Positions 8,716 to 17,257 of a stretch of DNA of 64,000 nucleotides are shown here, piece after piece. Each line of letters starts with the position of its first letter. Positions within the stretch are counted from its first letter, which is position 1. Made by a program: the position numbers and the translations under genes. The notes under the pieces are model-generated. The model made no database searches. It was not told where the DNA came from and saw only the letters and a list, made by a program, of their open reading frames with translations. Source of the stretch: an uncultured Oscillospiraceae bacterium (GTDB lineage Bacteria > Bacillota > Clostridia > Peptostreptococcales > Anaerovoracaceae); NCBI GenBank assembly GCA_964485605.1, contig CAZALQ010000001.1:604-64603 (forward strand). Direction: 5' to 3'.

Positions 8716-10731
8716 TTACCCGGCATTCTCTTCTTCGCTCTCATTTAGTTCACCAAACTTTGGTTCTTCAACCGTATCAAGGAGATAGTTCGCTATTTTC
8801 CTTGCTTTCTCATACATTTCCCTATTCTCCATTATGAGACCTATCATCCTGTTTCCACCAGACTGACGATTTCCGACGATATCCCCTCCGCCTCTTAAAT
8901 CAAGATCTTTTTCAGCGAGGTAGAACCCATCTCCTGACTCGCAAAGAGCCTTGAGTCTTGGGTTTTCCTCTCCGCCTTGGGAAATAAGGACACAGTAGGT
9001 TTGGATATTGCTTCTTCCTACCCTACCCCTTAACTGGTGAAGCTGCGAAAGTCCGAATCTTTCTGCATTTTCTATGACCATCACCGTGGCATTTGGGTTG
9101 TTTATACCGACTTCAACGACAGTGGTGCAAAGTAGCACGTCCACATCTCCATCTTTAAACCTCTGCATCACTGCGTCTATATCTTCCTTTTTATCTCTAC
9201 CTGTAAGAGTCTCGATCTTCACTCCATATGGGTCCAGGAGACCGTGATATACTCCGGAAGCTTCTTCTATAGATAAGACGCCATCCATGCTGTCGTTATC
9301 CTCTATCATCGGGCACACTATATACGCCTGATGCCCGGCTTGTACTTGCTTACAGATAAAACGGGCAGTCCTTTCTCTTGCAGTCATACCTCCTTGAGCT
9401 TTTGCAACTCCAGTCAAGATCGGAAGCCTACCTTTTGGCATCGAGTGTATCTCGTACTGCTGAATGTTTCCATGAAGAACTGCCGTAAGGGTTTTGGGGA
9501 TCGGTGTGGCAGTAAGCATAAGGCTGTGACATCCAGGCTGACCTTTATTTATGAGCTTATCCTTCTGCTCTACGCCGAATCTTTGCTCCTCATCTATAAC
9601 AGCAAGCCTTAGATCCTTATAGATAACATCGTCAGAAATGAGGCTGTGGGTTCCTGTAACGATCCTTGCTGCGCCTGACCTTATTTCTTCAAGTACTTTC
9701 TTTTTCTCTTTTCCTTTTGTATCAGAAGCAAGGAATGCTATATGGATGCCAAGAGGCTCAAACAGTTCTTTAAAATCGCTGAAATGCTGCTTGGCAAGTG
9801 CAGAGGTCGGTGCCATGACCACGGCCTGTCCCCCTCCTCCTATAATGTCGGCTACAACAAGCTGGCAAAGGAAGGTCTTGCCGGCGCCTACATTCGCAAG
9901 CACAATCCCGTTAAGTCTTCTACCACTCTGGATAAGTTCTTCTATTTCCTTTAAGCATTTTGCCTGCCCTTCAGTTGGTTCAAAACCTGACTCCTTAAGG
10001 ACCTTATCCTTTAAGGCCTTTGTCGTGATCTGGAAGGGACTGTACACTGCAGCATTTCTTGAAGATCTTTCGACCTTGTAAGCAAAGTTTATGAACTCGT
10101 AAAGCTGCAGCTGCTCTTTTGCAGCGCTTGCCTCCATGATAGTCTTTGGAAAATGTAAATTTCTGTACATATCCTCTATAGATAAGATCTTGAATCCTTC
10201 TCTCGTCTTAGCTGTAAAAAGTTCCGGAGGAACGCACCTCATTTCCCAAGCCTTTTTGATCTTATCTATAAGATATTCTTCTGACATACCGGGTACTTTA
10301 GGGTAAACAGGTTTCACCGGCGGCATGGATCCGGAAAGACCTATTGCCACCGGGCTCTGACATTCATAGGTCTGAAATGCGAAATTATAGTTAAGATGCC
10401 CTACAAGAATAAAGGTCTTACCTATATATTTTGATAGTTCTGCATGCTTATAGCTCTGGTTAAAGAAAGTAACAGTGATCTTCTCCTCAGTGTCTTTGAT
10501 CACTCCAAAAAACCTCAGCGTTGAGATCCTGCCGTAAGATTCTCTGATATTTTTTCCAATGACTTCTATGCAGCTCAGCTTATCTTCCGGTAGGACTCCT
10601 GTCAGTTTAGAAATATCTAAAAAACTCCGGGGTGTGAGTTTTTTGATTACATCTTCCGGAGTGAATACACCTTTCTTTGCAAACTGCTTTTCTTTTGCCG
10701 GCGTAACACCGATACTTTTCATTTCCATCAT
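8716..10731 (-). CDS. recG: RecG-family DNA helicase, divergent element-borne paralog
   Basis: N-terminal OB wedge region. Helicase motifs NVGAGKTF (I), VIDEEQRFGV (II), TATPIPKTL (III) and QLHQLRGRVGR (VI) occur in RecG order. Confidence 0.75.
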   Translation of the reverse strand: MMEMKSIGVTPAKEKQFAKKGVFTPEDVIKKLTPRSFLDISKLTGVLPEDKLSCIEVIGKNIRESYGRISTLRFFGVIKDTEEKITVTFFNQSYKHAELSKYIGKTFILVGHLNYNFAFQTYECQSPVAIGLSGSMPPVKPVYPKVPGMSEEYLIDKIKKAWEMRCVPPELFTAKTREGFKILSIEDMYRNLHFPKTIMEASAAKEQLQLYEFINFAYKVERSSRNAAVYSPFQITTKALKDKVLKESGFEPTEGQAKCLKEIEELIQSGRRLNGIVLANVGAGKTFLCQLVVADIIGGGGQAVVMAPTSALAKQHFSDFKELFEPLGIHIAFLASDTKGKEKKKVLEEIRSGAARIVTGTHSLISDDVIYKDLRLAVIDEEQRFGVEQKDKLINKGQPGCHSLMLTATPIPKTLTAVLHGNIQQYEIHSMPKGRLPILTGVAKAQGGMTARERTARFICKQVQAGHQAYIVCPMIEDNDSMDGVLSIEEASGVYHGLLDPYGVKIETLTGRDKKEDIDAVMQRFKDGDVDVLLCTTVVEVGINNPNATVMVIENAERFGLSQLHQLRGRVGRSNIQTYCVLISQGGEENPRLKALCESGDGFYLAEKDLDLRGGGDIVGNRQSGGNRMIGLIMENREMYEKARKIANYLLDTVEEPKFGELNESEEENAG

Positions 10732-10989
10732 TTATAGCGATATTTGTGATATCCCGCATATCCCCTTGTTCCCTGGGATCTCAACATCGATTACCTTATA
10801 TATAGCGTCGAGCCTGCTTCCTGCCTTGATCTGCACTGCTTCATTGCAGTCATCTTCTATCGGAAACTTGAAATTCGTCTTAACGCTATATATGTCCGAA
10901 TTAGCCTTTTTAGCAATCGCAAAAGTGATCTTCTTGACCTCATCATCTTTCGTCTTAACTCCAATTTTATAAAGTCTTAATATCTTCAT
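10732..10989 (-). CDS. Hypothetical 85-aa protein, abutting the recG-like start
   Basis: RBS gaaggag. Its stop codon directly abuts the helicase start codon. Confidence 0.45.
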   Translation of the reverse strand: MKILRLYKIGVKTKDDEVKKITFAIAKKANSDIYSVKTNFKFPIEDDCNEAVQIKAGSRLDAIYKVIDVEIPGNKGICGISQISL

Positions 10990-11076
10990 TTCTTCTCCTT
11001 CTCAAAAAATTTTAGTAGTGATAAAATAGTTTTGAGAACGAGCTTTTCATAAAAAGCTTCAACTATATCTCTTATA

Positions 11077-11104
11077 CCCTCGGCCGCCGAGGGCTTTTAA
11101 TTTT
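11077..11104. terminator. GC-rich hairpin (ccctcgg-ccg-ccgaggg) with T-rich flank
   Basis: 7-bp GC stem. The T-tract lies on the + side only, so its function for the minus-strand transcript is uncertain. Confidence 0.35.
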
Positions 11105-11143
11105 CCACATCCCAAATCATCGAAAACAAGTGTTTTCCACAGT

Positions 11144-11317
11144 TTAGGCCTCTCTCACCCTCACATACTGACTCCTATATCCCTTTTTTTCAGCGTGATA
11201 TATTGCTGAATGGATACTGTCTTCTGTTGTATGACACTTCTCAGCGAGCTCCTTCGCCGTATCTGCTATACATATTGGAAGCTCAAACCTATCTTTTGTA
11301 ACCTGCATCCATATCAT
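11144..11317 (-). CDS. Hypothetical 57-aa protein (below ORF-track cutoff), HTH-like
   Basis: Hand translation gives MIWMQVTKDRFELPICIADTAKELAEKCHTTEDSIHSAIYHAEKKGYRSQYVRVREA. Strong RBS ggaggga. Confidence 0.45.
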   Translation of the reverse strand: MIWMQVTKDRFELPICIADTAKELAEKCHTTEDSIHSAIYHAEKKGYRSQYVRVREA

Positions 11318-11320
11318 TTT

Positions 11321-11467
11321 TTACTCCCTCCCAAGAAGCTTTAGTCTGCTCGATGCAACCTTGCTATTGCATTCATCGCAGCATCTACCATCATTTTTTA
11401 GAGGCCATGGGTCGTTTCCATAGCCTTCATACTCTTTCCCGCAAATGCAGCATGCCCCTCTTTTCAT
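11321..11467 (-). CDS. Hypothetical 48-aa zinc-ribbon protein (below ORF-track cutoff)
   Basis: Hand translation gives MKRGACCICGKEYEGYGNDPWPLKNDGRCCDECNSKVASSRLKLLGRE, with CxxC...CxxC motifs. Its ATG overlaps the stop of the upstream gene (ATGA). Confidence 0.45.
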   Translation of the reverse strand: MKRGACCICGKEYEGYGNDPWPLKNDGRCCDECNSKVASSRLKLLGRE

Positions 11468-12513
11468 CTCTCTTTTCCCGCATCGATATCCGTTACCCAA
11501 GATTTCGGATCTTCAAGACTTGCATCCTCTCTTTTTTCTTTTCGTCTTTCTTTCCTTTTCTCCTCGTAATATTCTTCTGGCATTCCTTTTACAAAAGCAT
11601 TGACCCATATCACACGGCCTTTAGCTTCCTTATAAAACGGACTGTCTAATCTCCTAAGATGCCCGCGTACACTGTATACGCCCTTTTCGTTTGCCCCTTC
11701 TGACTCCGGAAGTTCTACCGCGTATATCTCTCCCGGATCTTCGCTTCTTTCTTTAAGAAGCCTAAATGCAATTACCTTATTACCTTCTTCATCTCTTAAA
11801 GACGATGCTTTAATGAACCTATCGCCTTTTGGATCCTTGTTGGCCATATAAAGGAAGTCATTCGCGTTTCTAAACACGGTCCTGATCTTTTCTGCCTGCA
11901 TAAGGAAGACCTCTTTCATGCTCATGTTTTGATTCTCAAGACTTTCTTCGTATGTCTCTTCTTGTATCAGATCGCCAAAGACCCTTTTTCTTGCTGCACA
12001 TTGCAATTTCCAGTTGAGCTTCGGGGAAAACCCGTACCACTCTTCCAATGTCGGAAGATCAGCTATTTTGATCTTTCCATCCTTTTCTTTGAAAGAAAAA
12101 GCAACTGTTGTTCTGGTCTTAAACTCCGGTCTTGATCTCATGAGATCAAGCTGTTCTTTAAGGAACCTATCAGTTATCGTGTCAGCCATAATAGGTGTGT
12201 TATATGCCTTTGCAAATGAGTGCTCATCCATTTCGCGCTTTGTGTCCTCATAAAAAGAGAGCTGCTGCGACTTATCTATCCTGTAAAAGACAATGTCGTT
12301 TTTCTGCTTGGTCACCTTAACGCTTATCGGAAGAGGATCCGGAGCAAGGTTTAGTTGCACCTTGCTGTAAAAGAGCGGAAGTTTTCCCTTGATATTCTTT
12401 ATACACCACTCATTTAATCGTTTTGCTGTTTCGATATCTATATCATATATAACCACTGCTTTATTACCTTTCAAAACCAAGGGACAGATACTGAAGACAT
12501 CTCTTTTGTTCAA
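11464..12513 (-). CDS. Hypothetical 349-aa protein with Lys/Glu-rich C-terminus
   Basis: Long ORF codirectional with its neighbours. The only available start is TTG with a poor RBS, so the start is uncertain. Confidence 0.55.
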   Translation of the reverse strand: MNKRDVFSICPLVLKGNKAVVIYDIDIETAKRLNEWCIKNIKGKLPLFYSKVQLNLAPDPLPISVKVTKQKNDIVFYRIDKSQQLSFYEDTKREMDEHSFAKAYNTPIMADTITDRFLKEQLDLMRSRPEFKTRTTVAFSFKEKDGKIKIADLPTLEEWYGFSPKLNWKLQCAARKRVFGDLIQEETYEESLENQNMSMKEVFLMQAEKIRTVFRNANDFLYMANKDPKGDRFIKASSLRDEEGNKVIAFRLLKERSEDPGEIYAVELPESEGANEKGVYSVRGHLRRLDSPFYKEAKGRVIWVNAFVKGMPEEYYEEKRKERRKEKREDASLEDPKSWVTDIDAGKER

Positions 12514-12585
12514 GATTGGGGGGCTTGATATAGAGATGTGTGATTATTACAGAAAAGAAATGTCCATCCCTTTGATCTTAAGGAT

Positions 12586-12628
12586 ATTATACTATATATT
12601 CTTATTTATGTAAATAATATATTTAGAT
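12586..12628 (-). promoter_or_regulatory. Minus-strand promoter (TTTACA-17-TATAAT) overlapped by 21-bp inverted-repeat operator
   Basis: -10 at 12586-12591 and -35 at 12609-12614 (reverse complement). The operator atgTAAATAataTATTTAGAT at 12608-12628 differs by 1 nt from the copy at 52092-52112. Confidence 0.5.
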
Positions 12629-12707
12629 TAAATATATTTAGCCTATTCTTCGCCTTCCAAGGCAAACAAAAAATCGCCTATCTCAAGGCGATTGCTGTGA
12701 TGTAAAG

Positions 12708-13217
12708 TTACTTCTCCATGTTAATGCTTTTGATCAGCCCTCTTATGATATATCTCACGATCTGCTTTGCTATAAGCCACAAGACCAGAAAGCAAAGTCC
12801 CGCGATCAGAAGCCGAATCTCAGAAATAGGACCTCTGTATGTGAGAAGCAGCTCCATAGCAAGTGTAAAAGTGGCCATAAAGAAAACCTGCCTTCTTGCT
12901 GTTGCTGACTCAATACTTATTGTCATCTTTCTTGGTGGCTCCCCTTCTTCAAAAGGTGTTCCGTCTGTTCTTGCTCGTTCCCGTATTCTCCTATATTTTA
13001 ACGAGACATATCCTGCAACTATGCCGATATACGATGGCCCTAACAGATGAAGGCAATATCCGCCTATCCTCAGCTGAAGAAATGACAGTATTCCTTGCTC
13101 TAGCCAGATTACGACCATGAGCCCTGCCAGATATATAAGCACCGCTGTGGATGTTGCAGCCAACACTAGTATTGTTCCTTTTAGCTTAGGTCTTTTATTC
13201 AACTTTTGCTCCTGCAT
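12708..13217 (-). CDS. Hypothetical integral membrane protein (about 4 TM)
   Basis: 169 aa and hydrophobic. Overlaps the end of the upstream MBL gene by 23 nt. Confidence 0.5.
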   Translation of the reverse strand: MQEQKLNKRPKLKGTILVLAATSTAVLIYLAGLMVVIWLEQGILSFLQLRIGGYCLHLLGPSYIGIVAGYVSLKYRRIRERARTDGTPFEEGEPPRKMTISIESATARRQVFFMATFTLAMELLLTYRGPISEIRLLIAGLCFLVLWLIAKQIVRYIIRGLIKSINMEK

Positions 13218-14163
13218 CCTTCTCTGTTAGTTTCTGGTCTTTTAAGGCATTCGTTGTCACTGAATTTCCGTCCGTTGTAAATACTATGTCTCCTGACTTC
13301 CACGTGCCGTATACATTTCTATTCTTTGTGTACTTTATAGCATCTGCAAGCACTGTTGGGTGAGGATGATAATGATCATTGTTTGCGGCTGCCGATATGA
13401 CAAAGTACTCCATATGCTTAAATTCCTTAAGCAGCGAATTTGAAGTGTTGGATCCGTGATGTGCTGCTACTACAACTGTTGGATCAATATCATAGGCTGT
13501 AAGCTTTTGCTCCATATCGCTCTCCAAATCTCCGGTACAAAGGAAACTTACGTCCTTATATTTAAGGTACGTTACAACTGAATTGTTGTTTGGATTTTCG
13601 TTGTTATCCTCTATGTCGTAGATATTCAGAGCCGCTCCGTTAGACAGGTTTATGGTCATATCTCGGTCTTCCTCAACAGTTCCTCCGTCATTTATGGCTG
13701 CGTTCATGAAGTAATAAAAATACCCCTCATCGGACAAATCTCCGTAGATCGTATGTTTAACAGAGAAGTTTTCATATATCCTCTGAAGACCGCCTACATG
13801 ATCTTCATGACAATGAGTAGCAATGACATATTCGACTACTCCATCTGCTGCATATGGTCTGATTTTATCAGGAAGCACATCGGACCCTTCAAACGGGCCT
13901 CCATCTATAATGATCTGAGTGTCGCCCATAGATATAAGAACACAAAGACCCTGGCCTTGGTCTAGGATTGCATAAGTAAGTTCCCTTTCAACTGGACTGG
14001 AACCGGGATTATCTATATTATTGAATCCGCCCTGATCTATTTCTTCCTGCTGATTTTTGCTTTTGATCACAAGCACTGCGATTCCTGCAATTATAGATAA
14101 GATGAGAACGATTCCTATTATCTTAACTACAGGCCTTAACTTTCTTCTTTTCTTTCTTGCCAT
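13195..14163 (-). CDS. Membrane-anchored MBL-fold metallo-hydrolase (ComEC C-terminal-domain type)
   Basis: N-terminal KR-rich segment plus a single TM (IIGIVLILSIIAGIAVLVI). HxHxDH motif ATHCHEDHVGGL, plus a later AAHHGS. Confidence 0.7.
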   Translation of the reverse strand: MARKKRRKLRPVVKIIGIVLILSIIAGIAVLVIKSKNQQEEIDQGGFNNIDNPGSSPVERELTYAILDQGQGLCVLISMGDTQIIIDGGPFEGSDVLPDKIRPYAADGVVEYVIATHCHEDHVGGLQRIYENFSVKHTIYGDLSDEGYFYYFMNAAINDGGTVEEDRDMTINLSNGAALNIYDIEDNNENPNNNSVVTYLKYKDVSFLCTGDLESDMEQKLTAYDIDPTVVVAAHHGSNTSNSLLKEFKHMEYFVISAAANNDHYHPHPTVLADAIKYTKNRNVYGTWKSGDIVFTTDGNSVTTNALKDQKLTEKDAGAKVE

Positions 14164-14530
14164 ATCTTCTTATCTCTTTTTTAAAGTAGTCGATCTCTTT
14201 TCTTTTCAGCCCTGCGAGACAATACCCGTCCTCGTCCTTTGAAAGTTTCAGAAAGATCGCACTCCCAAAACAAAGCCCCGCGTCAAGAGGAAGGAATTCG
14301 GACACCCCTTTGTTATATTCCCCGCAACCATTATTCTTTGAGTAGTATACCACAAAGAACTCCAATGGCATTGCATCCGTATCATATATATAAGGAAAAG
14401 TTTCTATATCGTGTGAAAGTATCTGCCTTCCAAGATCTGAAAACTCTCCCCTGTATAGACCGTTGACCTGGATTTCATCGAGATTTTCTTCGGCAAACTC
14501 TCCGTTGGCTCTTGCGAGCAATATCTTCAT
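14123..14530 (-). CDS. Hypothetical 135-aa protein, DUF3846-like pattern
   Basis: Strong RBS aggagg. Length and pattern (MKILLAR...GSAIFLKLSKDEDGYCLAGLKRKEIDYF) recall DUF3846 proteins of mobile elements. Assignment is tentative. Confidence 0.4.
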   Translation of the reverse strand: MKILLARANGEFAEENLDEIQVNGLYRGEFSDLGRQILSHDIETFPYIYDTDAMPLEFFVVYYSKNNGCGEYNKGVSEFLPLDAGLCFGSAIFLKLSKDEDGYCLAGLKRKEIDYFKKEIRRYGKKEKKKVKACS

Positions 14531-14694
14531 GTGTATCTCCTCCTGTTATCTGTATTTTCTATGATAAATTATATGGATAAGATCAGAAAAATCTCCCGAA
14601 GTTCAGAGAATTTCTTCAAAAAATATAAAAAATCTAAATATTTCATTTATAATGTGAAATATAGGTAAGATCCGAAGTATACGGAGGCAATACA

Positions 14695-15303
14695 TTGATA
14701 CAGAAACTTCATTTCAGAAAAGAAATTTTAGCAGACGTCGATACCAGCGTCCTAATAAAAGAAAACCTTTCATATCAGATCATCTCAAAAGCAAGATCCG
14801 GCATGTCTCTCGCACTAGATGATTTACTTAAGTTTGCAGAACATTTTAAAACAAACATCAGTTATCTGTTTTGTCTTACCGAAGACAGTTCTCCTTTGGA
14901 CTATTATACGCTCGACGAGAGAAGATTCAGATTCAACTCGATAAAAGAGGAACAAAAAGAAAGGTCCCGTGTCGTATCGATCATTGAGGCCACTGGGATC
15001 AGCTCTGCAACTCTTACTAAGATCACAAAAGGTGATTTGCCAAAGAAACTTGCACCTTTATTTAGCTATGCAGAATATTTCGGAGTCTCCCTTGATTACC
15101 TCTACGGTCTTACATACAAAAGGCAATGGGGAGAGCCTTATACTCCCCCTCCTTTAGGCTCTGTTATCTCGTTTGTACAAAATGGGACTCCCTGCTTTGC
15201 TGTAGTCACTCTCAATGGCAGGATCAAAACGACACTTGGAAACGAATTTTCCATGATCGATTTTTGCGAAAAACGAATAAATTATGTGGAGGTGGTAAGG
15301 TGA
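14695..15303 (+). CDS. Putative DNA-binding protein with two XRE-like HTH repeats
   Basis: TTG start with RBS ggagg. Two similar segments end in ...FAEHFKTNISYLFCLTED and ...YAEYFGVSLDYLYGLT, typical of XRE HTH C-terminal ends. Confidence 0.55.
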   Translation: MIQKLHFRKEILADVDTSVLIKENLSYQIISKARSGMSLALDDLLKFAEHFKTNISYLFCLTEDSSPLDYYTLDERRFRFNSIKEEQKERSRVVSIIEATGISSATLTKITKGDLPKKLAPLFSYAEYFGVSLDYLYGLTYKRQWGEPYTPPPLGSVISFVQNGTPCFAVVTLNGRIKTTLGNEFSMIDFCEKRINYVEVVR

Positions 15304-16520
15304 AACGCAAAGCTCTTGCCGTGCTTTTATCTTTATCTCTTCTTCTTTCCTTTTCGGCATGCGGAGCCCCTAAGAAAGAGGAGCCTGCCATAGAACAAGG
15401 TGGATTCAACCCAGTCACTGTTTCAGAAAAGACAGAAAAAGACTACAGTGAAAAGAACACCTTCACACAGCTTGATGAGCCCTTTGGTTTTGAATATAAA
15501 GAAATATGCCTCCCCCGATCCCATCAAAGATTCATGGTTCCCAATATAATGTCTGTATCAGTAATCACTGCAAGGCACCTTAAAATGACTATGACTGGTG
15601 GAGATGCTTTTGGATCTAAAGATATAGACTTTCATCTTCATCTTAAGACGCCTGTACAAGATCAGGGGGTGTTCACCGGCTATACGCCGCCATCTACAAT
15701 ATCTTCTTCTCTTAAAACGTTTAATAACGAGCTTATCTATACTTCCTTTGCTATAGGAAATGATAATTACCGGTTTGACACTGTTCCGGATATTTCTGCT
15801 CGGATGCTACCTTCGATATCAAATGGAGACAACGCCTGCTATTTTGAATTTGAGGATCCTTCCCTTCTTGGTGATAAGAACTCCTCCACTCTTGCCGGCT
15901 ATAGTGCCCTAGTTTTTGCATACACGTTTGATGGTGTTGATGCAATATGGTATAGCGTTTTTCCAAAGGAATCTCTTGAAAATGTGAAAAAGCTTCTTAC
16001 CTATATCGTATCAACCGTCAAATATGAGATGTTCGAAGACAGGCCTTTTTCTTCCGTTTCTCTAAACAACTTTGACTTCTGCGTACCACCAGATGCAGTC
16101 CTTAAGACATACGGGACATCATCCTTCTATCAGGTCCCATATTTAAAAAGTCTAAGTTCCTATGCTGGTTTCGGGGTCGGAGTATTCGATTATTCTGCCT
16201 GCGAAAAGGCAAGGTTCAATAACATCTACTTAATGTTTACAGGTGTAGATAGTGACGAAGGATCAAGTGTATATCGCTATGGACACGAAGACAACGTAGA
16301 CCTCAACGGCAACATGGCAGAGTTTTGTGACACTTATTACGCCAACGTTAGAAATCCCAATGGAGATTCCTTCTTCCTTCAGGGTTCTCAGGTGATATTC
16401 AAAGTATATAAGTTCGGTAGCCAAGCTTTTATTGTCTTTGATAAAGACGATATGTTCACATATCACTTTGATGAGTTTAAGGCAAAATGTTTAAACTCAA
16501 ATTTTAAACATTCAAATTAA
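15300..16520 (+). CDS. Lipoprotein of unknown function
   Basis: The GTG at 15300 overlaps the upstream stop. The signal peptide VKRKALAVLLSLSLLLSFSAC carries a lipobox. The listed start at 15126 is rejected. Confidence 0.6.
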   Translation: MKRKALAVLLSLSLLLSFSACGAPKKEEPAIEQGGFNPVTVSEKTEKDYSEKNTFTQLDEPFGFEYKEICLPRSHQRFMVPNIMSVSVITARHLKMTMTGGDAFGSKDIDFHLHLKTPVQDQGVFTGYTPPSTISSSLKTFNNELIYTSFAIGNDNYRFDTVPDISARMLPSISNGDNACYFEFEDPSLLGDKNSSTLAGYSALVFAYTFDGVDAIWYSVFPKESLENVKKLLTYIVSTVKYEMFEDRPFSSVSLNNFDFCVPPDAVLKTYGTSSFYQVPYLKSLSSYAGFGVGVFDYSACEKARFNNIYLMFTGVDSDEGSSVYRYGHEDNVDLNGNMAEFCDTYYANVRNPNGDSFFLQGSQVIFKVYKFGSQAFIVFDKDDMFTYHFDEFKAKCLNSNFKHSN

Positions 16521-16527
16521 ATACATA

Positions 16528-16579
16528 ATCTAAATATCTTATTTAGATTATTGACATTGTTTCTCCTTTGAGGTATAAT
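16528..16579 (+). promoter_or_regulatory. Operator inverted repeat + consensus sigma-A promoter
   Basis: ATCTAAATAtctTATTTAGAT (16528-16548) is followed by ta and then TTGACA (16551-16556), a 17-nt spacer and TATAAT (16574-16579). Confidence 0.65.
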
Positions 16580-16630
16580 TTATATGCTTAAAACACAGCA
16601 ATTTCAAGGCTTTAAAGGAGATAATCAATA

Positions 16631-17242
16631 ATGTTAAAAGAGAATTCACAAATCATCAAAATAGATGCCAAAAACGTTTTTCTTGACGTAAGAGAGGCAT
16701 TCGTAATAGATAGGGTCGTGCTTCAGTTTAGAAGATATGACCAATCTCTTTCAAAGGGGAACAAAATCACTCAGTCTATAGATTATTATCTTTCCCTTGA
16801 AGATTTCGCATATCTTTGCTATGTTTTTTATAGTGGAGGGATAAATAAGATCCTGCAAAAGCAAAGTTATGTAAACTACAGTGGTTCCGTAAAAAACGGA
16901 AAGGTCATTTCAAGAATACTTAAGATCGAAGGTGGACAGGACGACAAATTTTTTGTAAAGGCCCAGTCGGGACCGGGAAAAAAGACCGCAACCGGTGCAA
17001 TTTCCCCAGTATTCGGTGACAAACCCGATACAGAAATAGTAATAAAACTGTCCTCAGAACAAATAAAGAAGTTTGGTCTTGCTGGCGAGCGAGCCTTAAG
17101 GATCCGGGACATGTGGGTCGCAATGGGAGTTCTTGACGAAAAATGTGAAGCTCTCCGGTTCAAAAAGATAGAATTCGAAGAGCCCATAAGAAAAATCCCG
17201 GCTCCGGTATATGAAGGCTCTGCAGCTCTTGACCTGTTTTAG
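16631..17242 (+). CDS. Hypothetical 203-aa protein
   Basis: RBS aaggag. First gene of the operator-controlled operon. Confidence 0.6.
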   Translation: MLKENSQIIKIDAKNVFLDVREAFVIDRVVLQFRRYDQSLSKGNKITQSIDYYLSLEDFAYLCYVFYSGGINKILQKQSYVNYSGSVKNGKVISRILKIEGGQDDKFFVKAQSGPGKKTATGAISPVFGDKPDTEIVIKLSSEQIKKFGLAGERALRIRDMWVAMGVLDEKCEALRFKKIEFEEPIRKIPAPVYEGSAALDLF

Positions 17243-17257
17243 GAAGCAGAGGAAAAA

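Noticed and set aside
9331-10972. Plus-strand ORFs 9331-9612, 9638-10081, 9742-9954 and 10559-10972
   Set aside because: Antisense to the recG-like gene and its 85-aa neighbour. None has an RBS and the helicase motifs clearly define the coding strand.
11353-11649. 98-aa plus-strand ORF
   Set aside because: Overlaps the minus-strand zinc-ribbon ORF and the end of the 349-aa gene. The minus-strand genes have RBS and coupling signals, and this ORF does not.
15126-15299. N-terminal extension of the lipoprotein ORF (listed start 15126)
   Set aside because: It would overlap the dual-HTH gene by 178 nt. A GTG at 15300 gives a canonical lipoprotein signal peptide and a 4-nt coupling overlap.
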